Shown: positions 10,989 to 21,123 of the stretch, in pieces | Numbering within the stretch: the stretch's first letter is position 1 | Layout: each line of letters starts with the position of its first letter | Origin: an uncultured Armatimonadetes bacterium | Lineage (GTDB): Bacteria; Armatimonadota; Hebobacteria; Hebobacterales; Hebobacteraceae | Direction of reading: 5' to 3' | DNA: 64,000 nucleotides | NCBI GenBank assembly: GCA_963716175.1 | Contig: OY970296.1 | Span: 1,984,001 to 2,048,000, forward strand | The notes under the pieces: model-generated | Told to the model about the DNA's origin: nothing | The model's input: the letters and a program-made list of their open reading frames with translations, nothing else | Databases searched by the model: none | Translations under genes and position numbers: made by a program

Positions 10989-11059
10989 TGACGGCCCCGA
11001 GCGGCCCCGACTCCGGCTACCGCTTCAGCTTGGAGTCACTGCTCGAGGTTCCGGCGCGT
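10989..11059 (+). repeat. Repeat R3
   Basis: GACGGCCCCGAGCGGCCCCGACTCCGGCTACCGCTTCAGCTTGGAGTCACTGCTCGAGGTTCCGGCGCG. Confidence 0.85.
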
Positions 11060-11444
11060 GTACGGCTGATCCTCGCCCGCACGCAAGCTCAGAGGCCGCT
11101 CAGGGGTGTCCCATCGCCATTTGAAACCGGCAACGATGTCCATGTGCCCCCTGCTTCCAAGCTTTCCGTGCCCAAGCCGACTTCTCACCGCTCGCCTGCC
11201 CTCCTGCCAGTGAGCGGGCCGGCCGCGCTTCGGGAAGGTCCCTGACGCCTGGGGCACAGGTCAGCCCCAGGCCCATGACGAAGGAGAGGCCCCGGTTCTG
11301 CTCGCGGCAGACCAGTGGACCGCCTGCCGAGGTCCTTGTGCTGCCTGTAGTTGGGCACGAAGCTCCTTCCCAAAGGCGCTCGGAAGGATGATGCCGTACG
11401 CCCACGGCAAGATCGTCAGCAGTCCGAAGTACGGAGGTGACCAC

Positions 11445-14201
11445 ATGCGTTGCATCGCACTCCTGGCTCTGGCATCCGCCGCCTTCCTGTTGCCGATCGC
11501 GGCGGAGGCGGGGGAGCGGCTCGGCAGCGATGCCTTCGCCGCCGCGGATGACGCGGCCGCGGCCGCCTGGACCCCCTTCGACGGATCGGGCCCAGTCGCC
11601 GCGGCGCCGGAGCGGACACCGGATGGCGAGCCAGCCGTCGCCTTTCGGTTCGACATGTCCCGCCTGAAGGAGCGCGCCTACTGGGACCGCGCGGTGGCGC
11701 TGGATCTGTCGCGCTTCGGTCGGATCGCGTTCTGGGTGAAGGCCGAAGGAGACCGGTCGGCCATCGGTCACTGCAGTCTGTACCTCCACGCCGGTGCCGG
11801 CTGGTATGCGGCCAGCTTCGGGCTGCCCGACGAGGGGTGGGAGCGGGTGGTGATCGATCGCGGGAGCTTCAGCACCGAGGACACGCCTCAGGGCTGGAAC
11901 GCCATCGACACCATCCGCGTGTCCTTCTGGAAGGGCCAGCCCCGGCAGGCGACCATCTGCCTGGGTGGACTCGAGGCGACCGCGAGCGATGTGGTCGTGG
12001 TCCGGAACACGCGCGCAGGCGGGGAGGCGGAGGGCTACACCAGCGAGATGGTGAGCACTCTGGCGCGTGCGGGCGTCGAGGCCGGCACGGTGGACGATCT
12101 GGACGTGGAAGCCGGCGTGCTGACGGGCAAGCACATCGCCATCTACCCACTGAACCCGCTCCCCTCGGACAAGGAGATGGAGGCCCTGGAGGCGTTCGTC
12201 AGAGCGGGCGGCCGGGTGGTGGTGTGCTATTCGCTGTCGCCCCGGCTGGCCGCGCTGGTCGGCGTGGAGCCCCTGGGTCATCAGTCCAGCGAGTATCCGG
12301 GACAGTTCGCGCGCATGCGGTTCCTACCGGGAGGGCCTCCGGGCCTGCCGTACGAGGCGAAGCAGGATTCCTGGAACATCGAGAAGGTGCGACCCGCGGC
12401 GCCGGGAGCGCGTGTGATTGCGGAGTGGCTGGACACGTCCGGCAAGGACACCGGCTGCCCCGCCGTCGTCCTGAGCGACACCGGTGCCTACATCTCTCAC
12501 GTGCTACTCGATGACGACCCAGCAAACAAGGACCGCCTGGTGAGGGCGCTGCTGGGTCACCTCTATCCGGGCCTGTGGGAGGACATGGCGCAGCATGCGC
12601 TGGCTCAGGTGGGGCCGGTGGCGCGCTGGGCGACCTTCGCCGACGCCGAGGCCGGGATCCGCCGGACTGCGCAGTCGGCCGGCCGGCTGAGGGTGATCGA
12701 GAAGGACCTGGCACGGGCTCGACAGTCACAGGCCGAGGCTGAGGGGTGTCTGCAAGGAAGGCGCTATCCCGAGGCGCTGGAGCTCGCCTCGCAGGTGCGG
12801 CAGCAGTTGCTCGAAGCCTATGCGCGCTGTCAGCCGGCGCGGGAAGGCGAGTTTCGCGCCGGCTGGTGTCACTCTGGCTATGGCGTGACGGGCCTGACCT
12901 GGGACGAGACGATCCGGCGCCTGAAGGAGAACGGCTTCAACGCCATCGTGGTGAACGCGATGCGGGCCGGCATCGCCGACTACCAAAACGAGCTGCTCCC
13001 GGTGCGCGACCGCGTCGCGAAGGAAGGGGACCAGATCGCACTCGCGGTGGCCGCCGGGAAGAAGTACGGGGTCGAGGTGCACGTCTGGAAAGTGAATTGG
13101 AATCTCTCGGACGCGCCGCAGGAGTTCGTGGACCGCATGCGCGCGGAGGGCCGGCTGCAGCGGACGCGCACCGGGAGCGAAACGGACTGGCTCTGCCCCT
13201 CCAACCCGGCCAACTTTCAGCTCGAACGTGACTCTATGCTGGAGGTCGTGCGCAAGTACGACGTGGACGGGATCCACTTCGACTACATCCGGTACGAGAA
13301 CCAGGACAACTGCTACTGCGATGGGTGCCGACAGCGCTTCGAGGAGAGCGCGGGCCTGAAGGTGGCCGACTGGCCCAGGGACGTGATCGAAGGCGGGCCG
13401 CAGTTCTCCGCCTATCAGGAGTTCCGCCGCGCGAATATCACGCGCCTGGTGAAGGCCGTGAGCGAGGAGGCCCACCACATCAAGCCCTGGATCAAGGTAT
13501 CGGCCGCGGTGTTCAGCGACTGGCCGCAGTGCCGGGAGGAGGTCGGCCAGGACTGGGGCGCTTGGGTGGAGCAGGGCTACCTCGACTTCGTCTGCCCGAT
13601 GGACTACTCAGCCTCGGATGCCGAGTTCCGCACGCGGGTGCAGGTCCAGCGCGATGTCGTTGGCGGGCGCATCCCCCTCTACCCCGGGGTGGGCGCCTCG
13701 GCTCCGGGCCTTCCTCTGGGTCAGGTGATCGACCAGATCCAGATTGCCCGCGCAGAGGGGGCGGACGGCTTCATCATCTTCGAGTATCAGGGTGGCGTGG
13801 CCGCGGACTACATCCCGGGCCTGGGCAAAGGCGTCACCCGGGGCACGACGTACGTGCCGCACGACGCACCGGTGGTGGAGTGGCAGGTGCGCCAAAACGG
13901 CAAGCCGCTGCAGGGCGCGGCCACTCCGGAGGCGCCGGTGGAGGTGGAGGCGGTGCTCACGCTTCGCGGACACTTCCAGCAGCCGCCGCGAGAGGCCTGG
14001 GCCACGGTCACGGTGGACAGCCTGGCCGGTGAGCCCATGCGGGAAGTCGGGCGCACGCGATCAGGCGAGCGCGGCACAAGAGGCGCGGTTCGCCTGGCGA
14101 GAGGCCTCTACCGCGTGGTCGCGCGGGGGGAGGTGACCCTCGCCGACGGCACGCGCCAGCAGTTCGTCGTGCGCGGACCGTTCGTGCGCGTTGGAGGATA
14201 G
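11445..14201 (+). CDS. Secreted glycoside hydrolase-like 10 (GHL10/DUF187) multidomain protein
   Basis: GGAGG RBS, signal peptide; EFRAGW, WLCPSNP, YDVDGIHFDYIRY and QDWGAWVEQGYLDFVCPMDY motifs. Confidence 0.85.
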   Translation: MRCIALLALASAAFLLPIAAEAGERLGSDAFAAADDAAAAAWTPFDGSGPVAAAPERTPDGEPAVAFRFDMSRLKERAYWDRAVALDLSRFGRIAFWVKAEGDRSAIGHCSLYLHAGAGWYAASFGLPDEGWERVVIDRGSFSTEDTPQGWNAIDTIRVSFWKGQPRQATICLGGLEATASDVVVVRNTRAGGEAEGYTSEMVSTLARAGVEAGTVDDLDVEAGVLTGKHIAIYPLNPLPSDKEMEALEAFVRAGGRVVVCYSLSPRLAALVGVEPLGHQSSEYPGQFARMRFLPGGPPGLPYEAKQDSWNIEKVRPAAPGARVIAEWLDTSGKDTGCPAVVLSDTGAYISHVLLDDDPANKDRLVRALLGHLYPGLWEDMAQHALAQVGPVARWATFADAEAGIRRTAQSAGRLRVIEKDLARARQSQAEAEGCLQGRRYPEALELASQVRQQLLEAYARCQPAREGEFRAGWCHSGYGVTGLTWDETIRRLKENGFNAIVVNAMRAGIADYQNELLPVRDRVAKEGDQIALAVAAGKKYGVEVHVWKVNWNLSDAPQEFVDRMRAEGRLQRTRTGSETDWLCPSNPANFQLERDSMLEVVRKYDVDGIHFDYIRYENQDNCYCDGCRQRFEESAGLKVADWPRDVIEGGPQFSAYQEFRRANITRLVKAVSEEAHHIKPWIKVSAAVFSDWPQCREEVGQDWGAWVEQGYLDFVCPMDYSASDAEFRTRVQVQRDVVGGRIPLYPGVGASAPGLPLGQVIDQIQIARAEGADGFIIFEYQGGVAADYIPGLGKGVTRGTTYVPHDAPVVEWQVRQNGKPLQGAATPEAPVEVEAVLTLRGHFQQPPREAWATVTVDSLAGEPMREVGRTRSGERGTRGAVRLARGLYRVVARGEVTLADGTRQQFVVRGPFVRVGG

Positions 14202-14793
14202 CATATCGGCGCCGCTCAGCGCGGAGTTCATTTCGTAACCGCGTGCCTTCAACACTACTCGGTGAGATACTCGCCAGTGCCGAGGCGCCGCTCGCCGTGT
14301 TACTGGCGGCGATGTTCGTTGTGGCGCTGGGGAGGAAGTACGTCAGGGGGTGGACTGGATGGAGGACCATCTGCAGTCACCCGGCCATGGTCGCAGGTTC
14401 GAATCGAGGTCGCATAGAGGCGCTTACTTGGAGAGTAAGGACCCCGCTACCAACCTGCGACCTTGGGGCATTTCGGGACTCATTTTGCCTTCGCGTCGCC
14501 CATCCGCCAGGCCCTCGAAACCGTCCCCAGGAGCTTCTGAGGCATCCTGAAGGCGGTTTCGACGATCCAGCGCCGGGTGCGCGTCTTCTTTTCCACTACG
14601 AATCCTGCCCCCGCTACCATCAGCAGACAGCTCCTGCAGGGGGCTTATGGATCCCTTCCCGCTCTATTTCGTGGTCTGGGGCGCCCTGCCAGGTTCGACA
14701 TCCGACCGACTCGCCGACGGAATTTTGTCAATCGCGATGTGAAAACGTACCAATTATCGCGGTGTGAATATGTACCACCCGCGGCCGTCGCAG

Positions 14794-15561
14794 TCAGCTG
14801 TGTGGCATCACCTCCTGCGCCCCGAGTTTGTCCTTCAGCCGGTAGCTGTTGCCCTTGATGTTCACCACCGTGCTGTGGTGGAGCAGCCGGTCCAGGATGG
14901 CGGTGACGATCAGCGGGTCGTGGAAGAGCTCCGACCACTCCTCGAAGGCCTTGTTAGAGGTGATGACGGTGCTCATCTTCTCGTAGCGCATCGCCACGAA
15001 CTGGTAGAAGAGGTGGCATTCCTCCCGGTCGATCGGGGTATAGCCCACCTCGTCCACCACCACCAGACTCGAGGTATAGCAGCGGCGCCCCCGGCCCATT
15101 CGTCCTGTAGTTTGGTCCACCCGCAGCTTGGCGATGAGCTCCGCCATGGTGGTGAACTGGATGGTCTGGCCGGCCTGCGCCGCCTTCACCGCCAGCGCCA
15201 CCGCCAAGTGGGTTTTCCCGACCCCTGGTGGGCCAAGCAGGACGAGATTCTCCTTCCTGGCGAGGAAGGTCAGGTCAAGGGGGCTCAGGATCTGCTGCCG
15301 ATTGAGGCTGGGCTGGAAGGTGAAGTCGAACTCGTCCAGGGTCTTCAGGTAGGGCAGCCCCGCGCCTTTGAGGGCGTGCTCAATGCGGGTCTGCTCGCGG
15401 GCCGCCACCTCCTCCTCGAAGAGCGCATCCAGCAGTTGGGAGTAGCTCCAGGCCTGACCTTCCGCCGCCTTCAGCAGTTCCGGCAGACTCTCCCGCAGGC
15501 GCACCAGCCGCAGACGCGTCAGATTCTCTGTGAGGCGCTCCAGCAGCAACTGCTCAGGCAT
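14794..15561 (-). CDS. istB: IS21 helper ATPase IstB
   Basis: Walker A GPPGVGKTHLA, DEVGY, AILDRLLHH. Confidence 0.92.
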   Translation of the reverse strand: MPEQLLLERLTENLTRLRLVRLRESLPELLKAAEGQAWSYSQLLDALFEEEVAAREQTRIEHALKGAGLPYLKTLDEFDFTFQPSLNRQQILSPLDLTFLARKENLVLLGPPGVGKTHLAVALAVKAAQAGQTIQFTTMAELIAKLRVDQTTGRMGRGRRCYTSSLVVVDEVGYTPIDREECHLFYQFVAMRYEKMSTVITSNKAFEEWSELFHDPLIVTAILDRLLHHSTVVNIKGNSYRLKDKLGAQEVMPHS

Positions 15562-16430
15562 GCGCCACCTCCCCTCCGATCCGCCCGTACACTGACAGAG
15601 GCCGGCGCTGGACCTCGATCGCATACCGGCCCAGGTGCGGGCTGAGGGTGGCTTTCGCCTTGCCCTTGGGAGGCGAGGCGTACTTGCGGGCATTCATCTC
15701 CCGGTCCGCCAGCATCGCTTCCCGCAGCCCCGGCAGTGCCACCAGTCGACCTTTGGCAGCAGACTGCGCGTGCGTCGCCATCAGCCTGTCCCCATCGAAG
15801 ATGCGCAGCACTCCCTCCTGGAACCGGATCAGGATGCGCTTGCCCACCAGCGTGTGGGGTACCTGATAGCGACAGCCCTCGAAGCTCAGCGTGCAGTCCT
15901 TATAGACCTTGCGGTGGAGCCGCTGCGATACATCACAACGCACCAACGGGAGCGGCAACAGAAAGGCCCGTTCCGCCGCAAAGCGATCGCAGACCCGCTC
16001 CCCGGTGGTGCCGTGGACACGCTGGGCTTTCTCTTCCAGGAAGGCCCTCAGCTCCTGGCTGGCCGACCCAACATCCGTGAAGTGATAGCCCCGCCAGAAA
16101 CCTTCCCGCACGAAGTCCATGGGCCGCTCCACCTTGCCCTTCACCCAAGGCGAGTAGGCGGGCGCCACCCGGGGCACAAAGCCATAGTGGTCGGCGAGCG
16201 TCATCAGGCCCTGCGTGAACTCCGTCTTGCCCGCCAGTTTGCGTAGGAAGACGTTACGCATCCGGTCATAGAGCAGCTCCGCCGGCACCCCTCCGAAAAA
16301 GGCGAAGGCCCGCTGGTGTGCCTCCAGGAAGCTGACCAGGTCGCAGCGTGTCAGGTACTCCCCGTAAAGCTGCCGCGAGTAGCCCAGCACCATGCTGAAG
16401 AGGTAGTAGCTGCGTTCGCCCCCTTCCTCA

Positions 16431-17884
16431 GATTATGTCCCGCCCGTAGTGTAAGGTTGGGCGGTCCCTCTCGCGTATCTTAGGCCGCGACACGGCCCTC
16501 GTCAACTGAGATCTGCGACCGGTCGCTAAGCGACTGGCCTTCGTCCAGCACGGCCTTCAGCATCCAGAGGCCCTTGTGCCCCATGATCTTGCGGAAGCTG
16601 CGCTCGGTCTCCAGCGCGGCCGCCCCGGCCCAGCGCAAGGCCATCTCTCCCGAGCGCCAGCGGGTGACGCGGCCGGTGCGACCCTCCACCCCCGAGAGCG
16701 AGCTCTCGATGATGTTGGTGGTGGTCAGGCAGGTGCGCAGCATCGGCGACAGCCCCAGTCGGGCGATGGTGAAGGTCTCCTCCAAGCCCTCCCGCAGGCT
16801 GGCCGCGGCCTTGGGATGAGTTCGCTCCAGCCACTCGATCTGGGTGTGCAGCCGCGCCATCCCTTCCTTGGGCTCCAGCTTCCACGCCGCCCGCAGCGCC
16901 GCCGCCACCTGCCCCTGCATCTCTTTGGGCAGGTAGCCCAGCACGTTCCGGCGCTTGTGCGCCTGGCAGCGCTGCACCGGATGCTGCTTGCCGAAGACAT
17001 CATCAATCGCCTTGCGCAACGCCTTCGAGCCATCAATCACCAACAGCCGTCTGCGCTCCGGGCGCACCCCTCGCTCCACCAGCTCCTCCAGCAGTCCCTT
17101 CACTACCACCGCGTTCTCCGTGGCCCCCTCGGTGAGGCCCAGGACGTGTTTGCAGCCCGCTGCGTCCACTCCGATGGCACTCACCACCTGGTGGCCCCCG
17201 AAGTGCTTGCCGTCCAGGTAGATCACCAACAGGTCAAGGTCATCGAAGCGCCGCTCGCACAGCTCCCGCAGCGCCTCCGCACTCGCCTCTTGCAGCTGCC
17301 GGCTCACCGCCGAGCGCGATACCCCGCAGCGCTCCGCCAGCTCCGGCACCACCTCCTGGTAATGGCGCGTGCTCACCCCTCGCATCACAATCGACAGCAT
17401 CCGCTCCCGCAGCCTCTCATCGGACTGCATCGCGGCATAAGCCGGCACCGCCACCTCAGCCCCCTCCCCGCCGCCCTTCCGGCGCAACCGCGGCTTGCTC
17501 ACCCGCACCTTCTGGCCCCCCAGCGCGACTATCCCGCCTTGCTCGCCATGGCGCCGGATCACCCCGCCCGGCCGGCCCGGATGCGCCGGCCCCGCCACCT
17601 CTTCGGCTGAGATCAGCAGCACCGCCTCCAGCGCCGCCTTTCCCATCTCCCCCACTAGCTCTTCCACGGCGAGTTGCCCCGCCTCCAGCAGTTCCATCAT
17701 CGGCACCAGCGCCGCCCCCTCCCTCGCCAGAAACTGGCGCAGCGCGGCACTACCCTTGCGACCCACAACCTGATACTCTCTTCTCACGGCGGTTCTCTCC
17801 TTTTCAAGCTTTGGGTTACCCGATTCTATCAGAACCGGGCTGGAGAGAGCCGCCTCAACCTTCAACTATGAACGGGACACCATC
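16431..17884 (-). mobile_element. IS256-family insertion sequence
   Basis: Imperfect 26-bp inverted repeats GATTATGTCCCGCCCGTAGTGTAAGG / GATGGTGTCCCGTTCATAGTTGAAGG; 8-bp target duplication CTTCCTCA at 16423-16430 and 17885-17892. Confidence 0.9.
16480..17865 (-). CDS. IS256-family (Mutator-type) transposase; true start uncertain
   Basis: GVSTR, YLDG, IDGSKAL, QRCQAHKRRN and TTNIIES motifs. Confidence 0.9.
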   Translation of the reverse strand: MKVEAALSSPVLIESGNPKLEKERTAVRREYQVVGRKGSAALRQFLAREGAALVPMMELLEAGQLAVEELVGEMGKAALEAVLLISAEEVAGPAHPGRPGGVIRRHGEQGGIVALGGQKVRVSKPRLRRKGGGEGAEVAVPAYAAMQSDERLRERMLSIVMRGVSTRHYQEVVPELAERCGVSRSAVSRQLQEASAEALRELCERRFDDLDLLVIYLDGKHFGGHQVVSAIGVDAAGCKHVLGLTEGATENAVVVKGLLEELVERGVRPERRRLLVIDGSKALRKAIDDVFGKQHPVQRCQAHKRRNVLGYLPKEMQGQVAAALRAAWKLEPKEGMARLHTQIEWLERTHPKAAASLREGLEETFTIARLGLSPMLRTCLTTTNIIESSLSGVEGRTGRVTRWRSGEMALRWAGAAALETERSFRKIMGHKGLWMLKAVLDEGQSLSDRSQISVDEGRVAA

Positions 17885-18434
17885 CTTCCTCATCCACCAC
17901 TTTGAACTCGCCAAAGTCCACCTGCGCCTGCCGCCCCGGCTCGGTCTCGAAGCGCAGATAGGCGATCCGGCCGCGCTCCTCTTTCCGGTCGCGCACGAAC
18001 GCCCTGACGATGGAGTACCCCCCGCGGTAGCCCGCCTTCCTCAACTGATCCAGAATCCAGCTCGCTCGGTAACGGGGGTCTTCCTGCAGCCAGCTCTCGA
18101 TCAGGGGGGCGAAGCGATCCAGCTTGCTGGGCCGCGCCACTTTCCCCCGCTCCCTCGCCCGCAGCTCCGGGTGCTCCGCATAGCGCTTCACAGTCCTTCT
18201 GTCGTGCCCCGTCTTGCGACTGATCTCGCGATAGGAAAGCCCTTGATGCCGAAGGTAGCTGATGTCCACTCTGATCTCCCGTGATACCATGACTCCTGAC
18301 TCCGTGGTGGGTCGCTTCCGACTCAACTCTACGGAGTCACCAGGCCGGAGACTCTTTCCCGGCCCATCCCAGGCTCACGGGTGGTACACTTTCAGACCGC
18401 GATTATTGGATCATTTTGCCACCGCCATTGACAT

Positions 18435-18938
18435 CTGGCCATCGCCCGCGGCGACGGCCGCTATCCCAGAGTGCTGGCCGCGCTCCTCCGCACGGAACTC
18501 ATCGTGCTCGACGACTGGGGGGCGGCCGCGCTGGTCCCCGAGCAGTGCCGAGAACTGCTGGAGATCCTGGAGGACCGCTACCAGCGCCGCTCCACCCTGG
18601 TCGCCTCTCAACTGCCGATCGCCAACTGGCACGAGTACCTGGGCGATCCCACCCTCGCCGACGCCATCCTGGACCGCCTGGTCCACAATGCCCACACCAT
18701 CACGCTGAAAGGGGAATCCATGAGAAAACGTCACAAGCCTTTACCCGCCGGCCGTCTGGAGGGCTTGCAGGCCGACGGAAAAACAGCTACAACAGACTTG
18801 CCCGCCGGCCGGGTGGCGGGGACCAAGTGAACGACCCCGCGTCGTCGCTTCGCTCCGACCAGAATGGGTGATCACTTTCAATCGGAACGCGCGGTTACTT
18901 TGCTTCGGAACGCGTGATCACTTTCGCCGGAATGCGCA
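18435..18938 (+). mobile_element. istB: Truncated IS21 (3' istB and right end), related to the element at 49211-51868
   Basis: Near-identical to 51413-51868; ends CGGAATGCGCA. Confidence 0.9.
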
Positions 18939-19065
18939 GCCTCCCGGAGCGATTTGGCGAAGTGCTGGCAGTTGTGGAGCCGGATTCTCGCGTCAGATGC
19001 GAGCAGAGCCAGCTACCACAGGACTGAGGCCCGCCCGCAGGTGGTGGGCCGCCGGTCCCGGGTAG

Positions 19066-19099
19066 CCCCGACCCCGGCTGCCCCTTCGGCTGGGAGTTA
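19066..19099 (+). repeat. Repeat R4 (degenerate)
   Basis: CCCCGACCCCGGCTGCCCCTTCGGCTGGGAGTTA. Confidence 0.75.
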
Positions 19100-19323
19100 T
19101 CGCACAGGGACCCTTCGGGCAGGGAGGCGATCCTCGACTGGCGAAGAAAGCTTCAGATCCGTACCATGATCGTCTGCCGGGGAAGCTAGCGAAGGCTGAG
19201 GGCGAGTGCAAAGGTACAAGCGCAGGAACGCCGGAGGTGTAGCTGGCCCCAGCCCCCTTCTGTGCCGGAAGCGCTGACACTCTGCACGTTCTTTGGGGGC
19301 AAGGCCAGTCTCACCCACCACTG

Positions 19324-20867
19324 ATGCGGAGGCCGACTGTCATGCTCGTGGGTGCCAATCTGGTGATGATTCTCTTTCTGTTCATGGCATCTAGCGCCCT
19401 TGGCGCGACCCACTACCTCGACTCCACCGCTGGCGATGATGCTAACGACGGGACTTCCGAGACCTCTGCCTGGTGCACACTCGGAAGGATCAACGCCACC
19501 ACGTTCTCCCCCGGCGACAAGATCCTCCTGAAGGCCGGCTCGTCTTGGAACGGGCGCTTGTGGCCCAAGGGCTCCGGGGCGCCCGGCAGGCCGATTGTCA
19601 TCGGCTCCTATGGCGAAGGGCCACCTCCCGCCGTTCACGCCGAAGGGAGGCGCTTCGAAGCTCTCCACCTCCACAACCAGGAGCACTGGGAGATCGCGGG
19701 CCCTCGAGATCACCAACCACGGCCCCGACGGTCCCGCGCCCCGTGCTGGCGTCCGCATCCTCGGCGAGAACGCTGGCGCCCTGAACCACATCTACCTCCG
19801 TGACCTGGAGGTGCACGACGTCAACGGCCACAACAGAGAGGGGCGCGACTCGGGCAAGTGCAACGCAGGCATCCTCTTCGATGTGATTGGGCTCGAGACG
19901 CGCACGTGGTTCGACGACGTCCTCATCGAGGGCTGCTATGTGCACCAGTGTGACCGCTCGGCCATCAAGACCTGGACCGACTGGAGCCGCCTCCGACCCC
20001 GCGACTGGGCCCCCCATATCCACCTCGTCATTCGGGGGAACCGCGTTGACGACATCGGCGGCGACGGCATCATCGCGTGCATGGCCGACGGCCCTCTCAT
20101 CGAGCGCAACGTCGCCTCCCGCTGCAACATGCGCTCCGGCCTCTGGAACGTCGCCATCTGGGTCTGGGAATGCGACGACGCCATCATCCAGTTCAACGAA
20201 GCGTTCCTCACCAAGACGACAAAGGACGGCCAGGGCTTCGACATAGACGGCATGTGTCGGCGCACGATCGTGCAGTACAACTACTCCCACGACAACGAAG
20301 GCGGCTTCATACTGCTCTGCGAGACCGGCGATCCCGATCCTCGACTCTTCAACGACGGCTCCATCGTCCGCTACAACATCAGCCAGAACGATGGTGCGCG
20401 CATCTTCCAGGTCGGGGGAAAGGTCACCAACGCACGGATCTACAACAACGTGATCTTCGTGGATGAGCACCGCGGCGATCCCCTCATGGTCTGGCACAAC
20501 GAGGACGGGATGTGGCCGGACCGCATCCGCTACGTCAACAACATCTTCGCCAACCACGGATCCGGTGGCTTCGATCTCGGCAATAGCAGCAACACCGTGT
20601 TCGACTACAACGTCTTCTTCGGCTATCACGACCGCACCGAGCCCGAATGACGCGCACAAGCTTGCTGACGATCCGCAGTTCATCGCGCCCGGCACGGGCC
20701 AGACTGGCCTCGACACCGTTGGCGGCTACCGGCTCGAGCCCCACTCCCCCTGCATCGACTCCGGTGGAGCCATCGCTGACAGCGGCGGCCGCGACTACTG
20801 GGGCAACCCGGTGCCTTCTCGATCTGTCCCGGACCGTGGTGCACACGAATGTCCACAGGTGCCCTGA
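19324..20867 (+). pseudogene. Secreted right-handed beta-helix (pectin-lyase-like) protein, frameshifts near 19700 and 20645
   Basis: HYLDSTAGDDANDG, PGDKILLKAG, DGQGFDID, YNYSHDNEGG and DYWGNPVP...PDRGAHE spread over three frames; each shift is an extra C in a C-run. Confidence 0.8.
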
Positions 20868-21123
20868 CTCAGCGAGAACGAAGCAGCGCCATCCCACCGC
20901 GGAGCGGACCTCTGGCAGCGGCCCCGTCGCGGTGCCGAGCACCGGCGGGCGCACCCATTTGAATCCCAGCGAGGTATCCTTCATCGGCTCGGCGTAATCC
21001 CGGACCAGGGCTGTCAACGAGCGCAGGGAATACCACCCATGGGCTCTGCAGGGGCCCTGAGAGCCAGATAGGTTTTCGGACAGCGCAGGTACAGGCGGCG
21101 CCACGAGACGAGAGAGTCGAAGA

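Larger units (their letters stand above)
15554..18290 (-). pseudogene. istA: IS21 transposase IstA split by an IS256 insertion
   Basis: N-part RFETEPGRQAQVDFG (17885-18290) and C-part MVLGYSR...LLYDRM...KGKVER (15554-16430). Confidence 0.9.
14726..18433 (-). mobile_element. IS21-family element interrupted by IS256
   Basis: Terminal inverted repeats TGTCAATCGCGATGTGAAAA (14726) and TGTCAATGGCGGTGGCAAAA (reverse complement, 18433); istA/istB pair; no target duplication visible. Confidence 0.9.
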
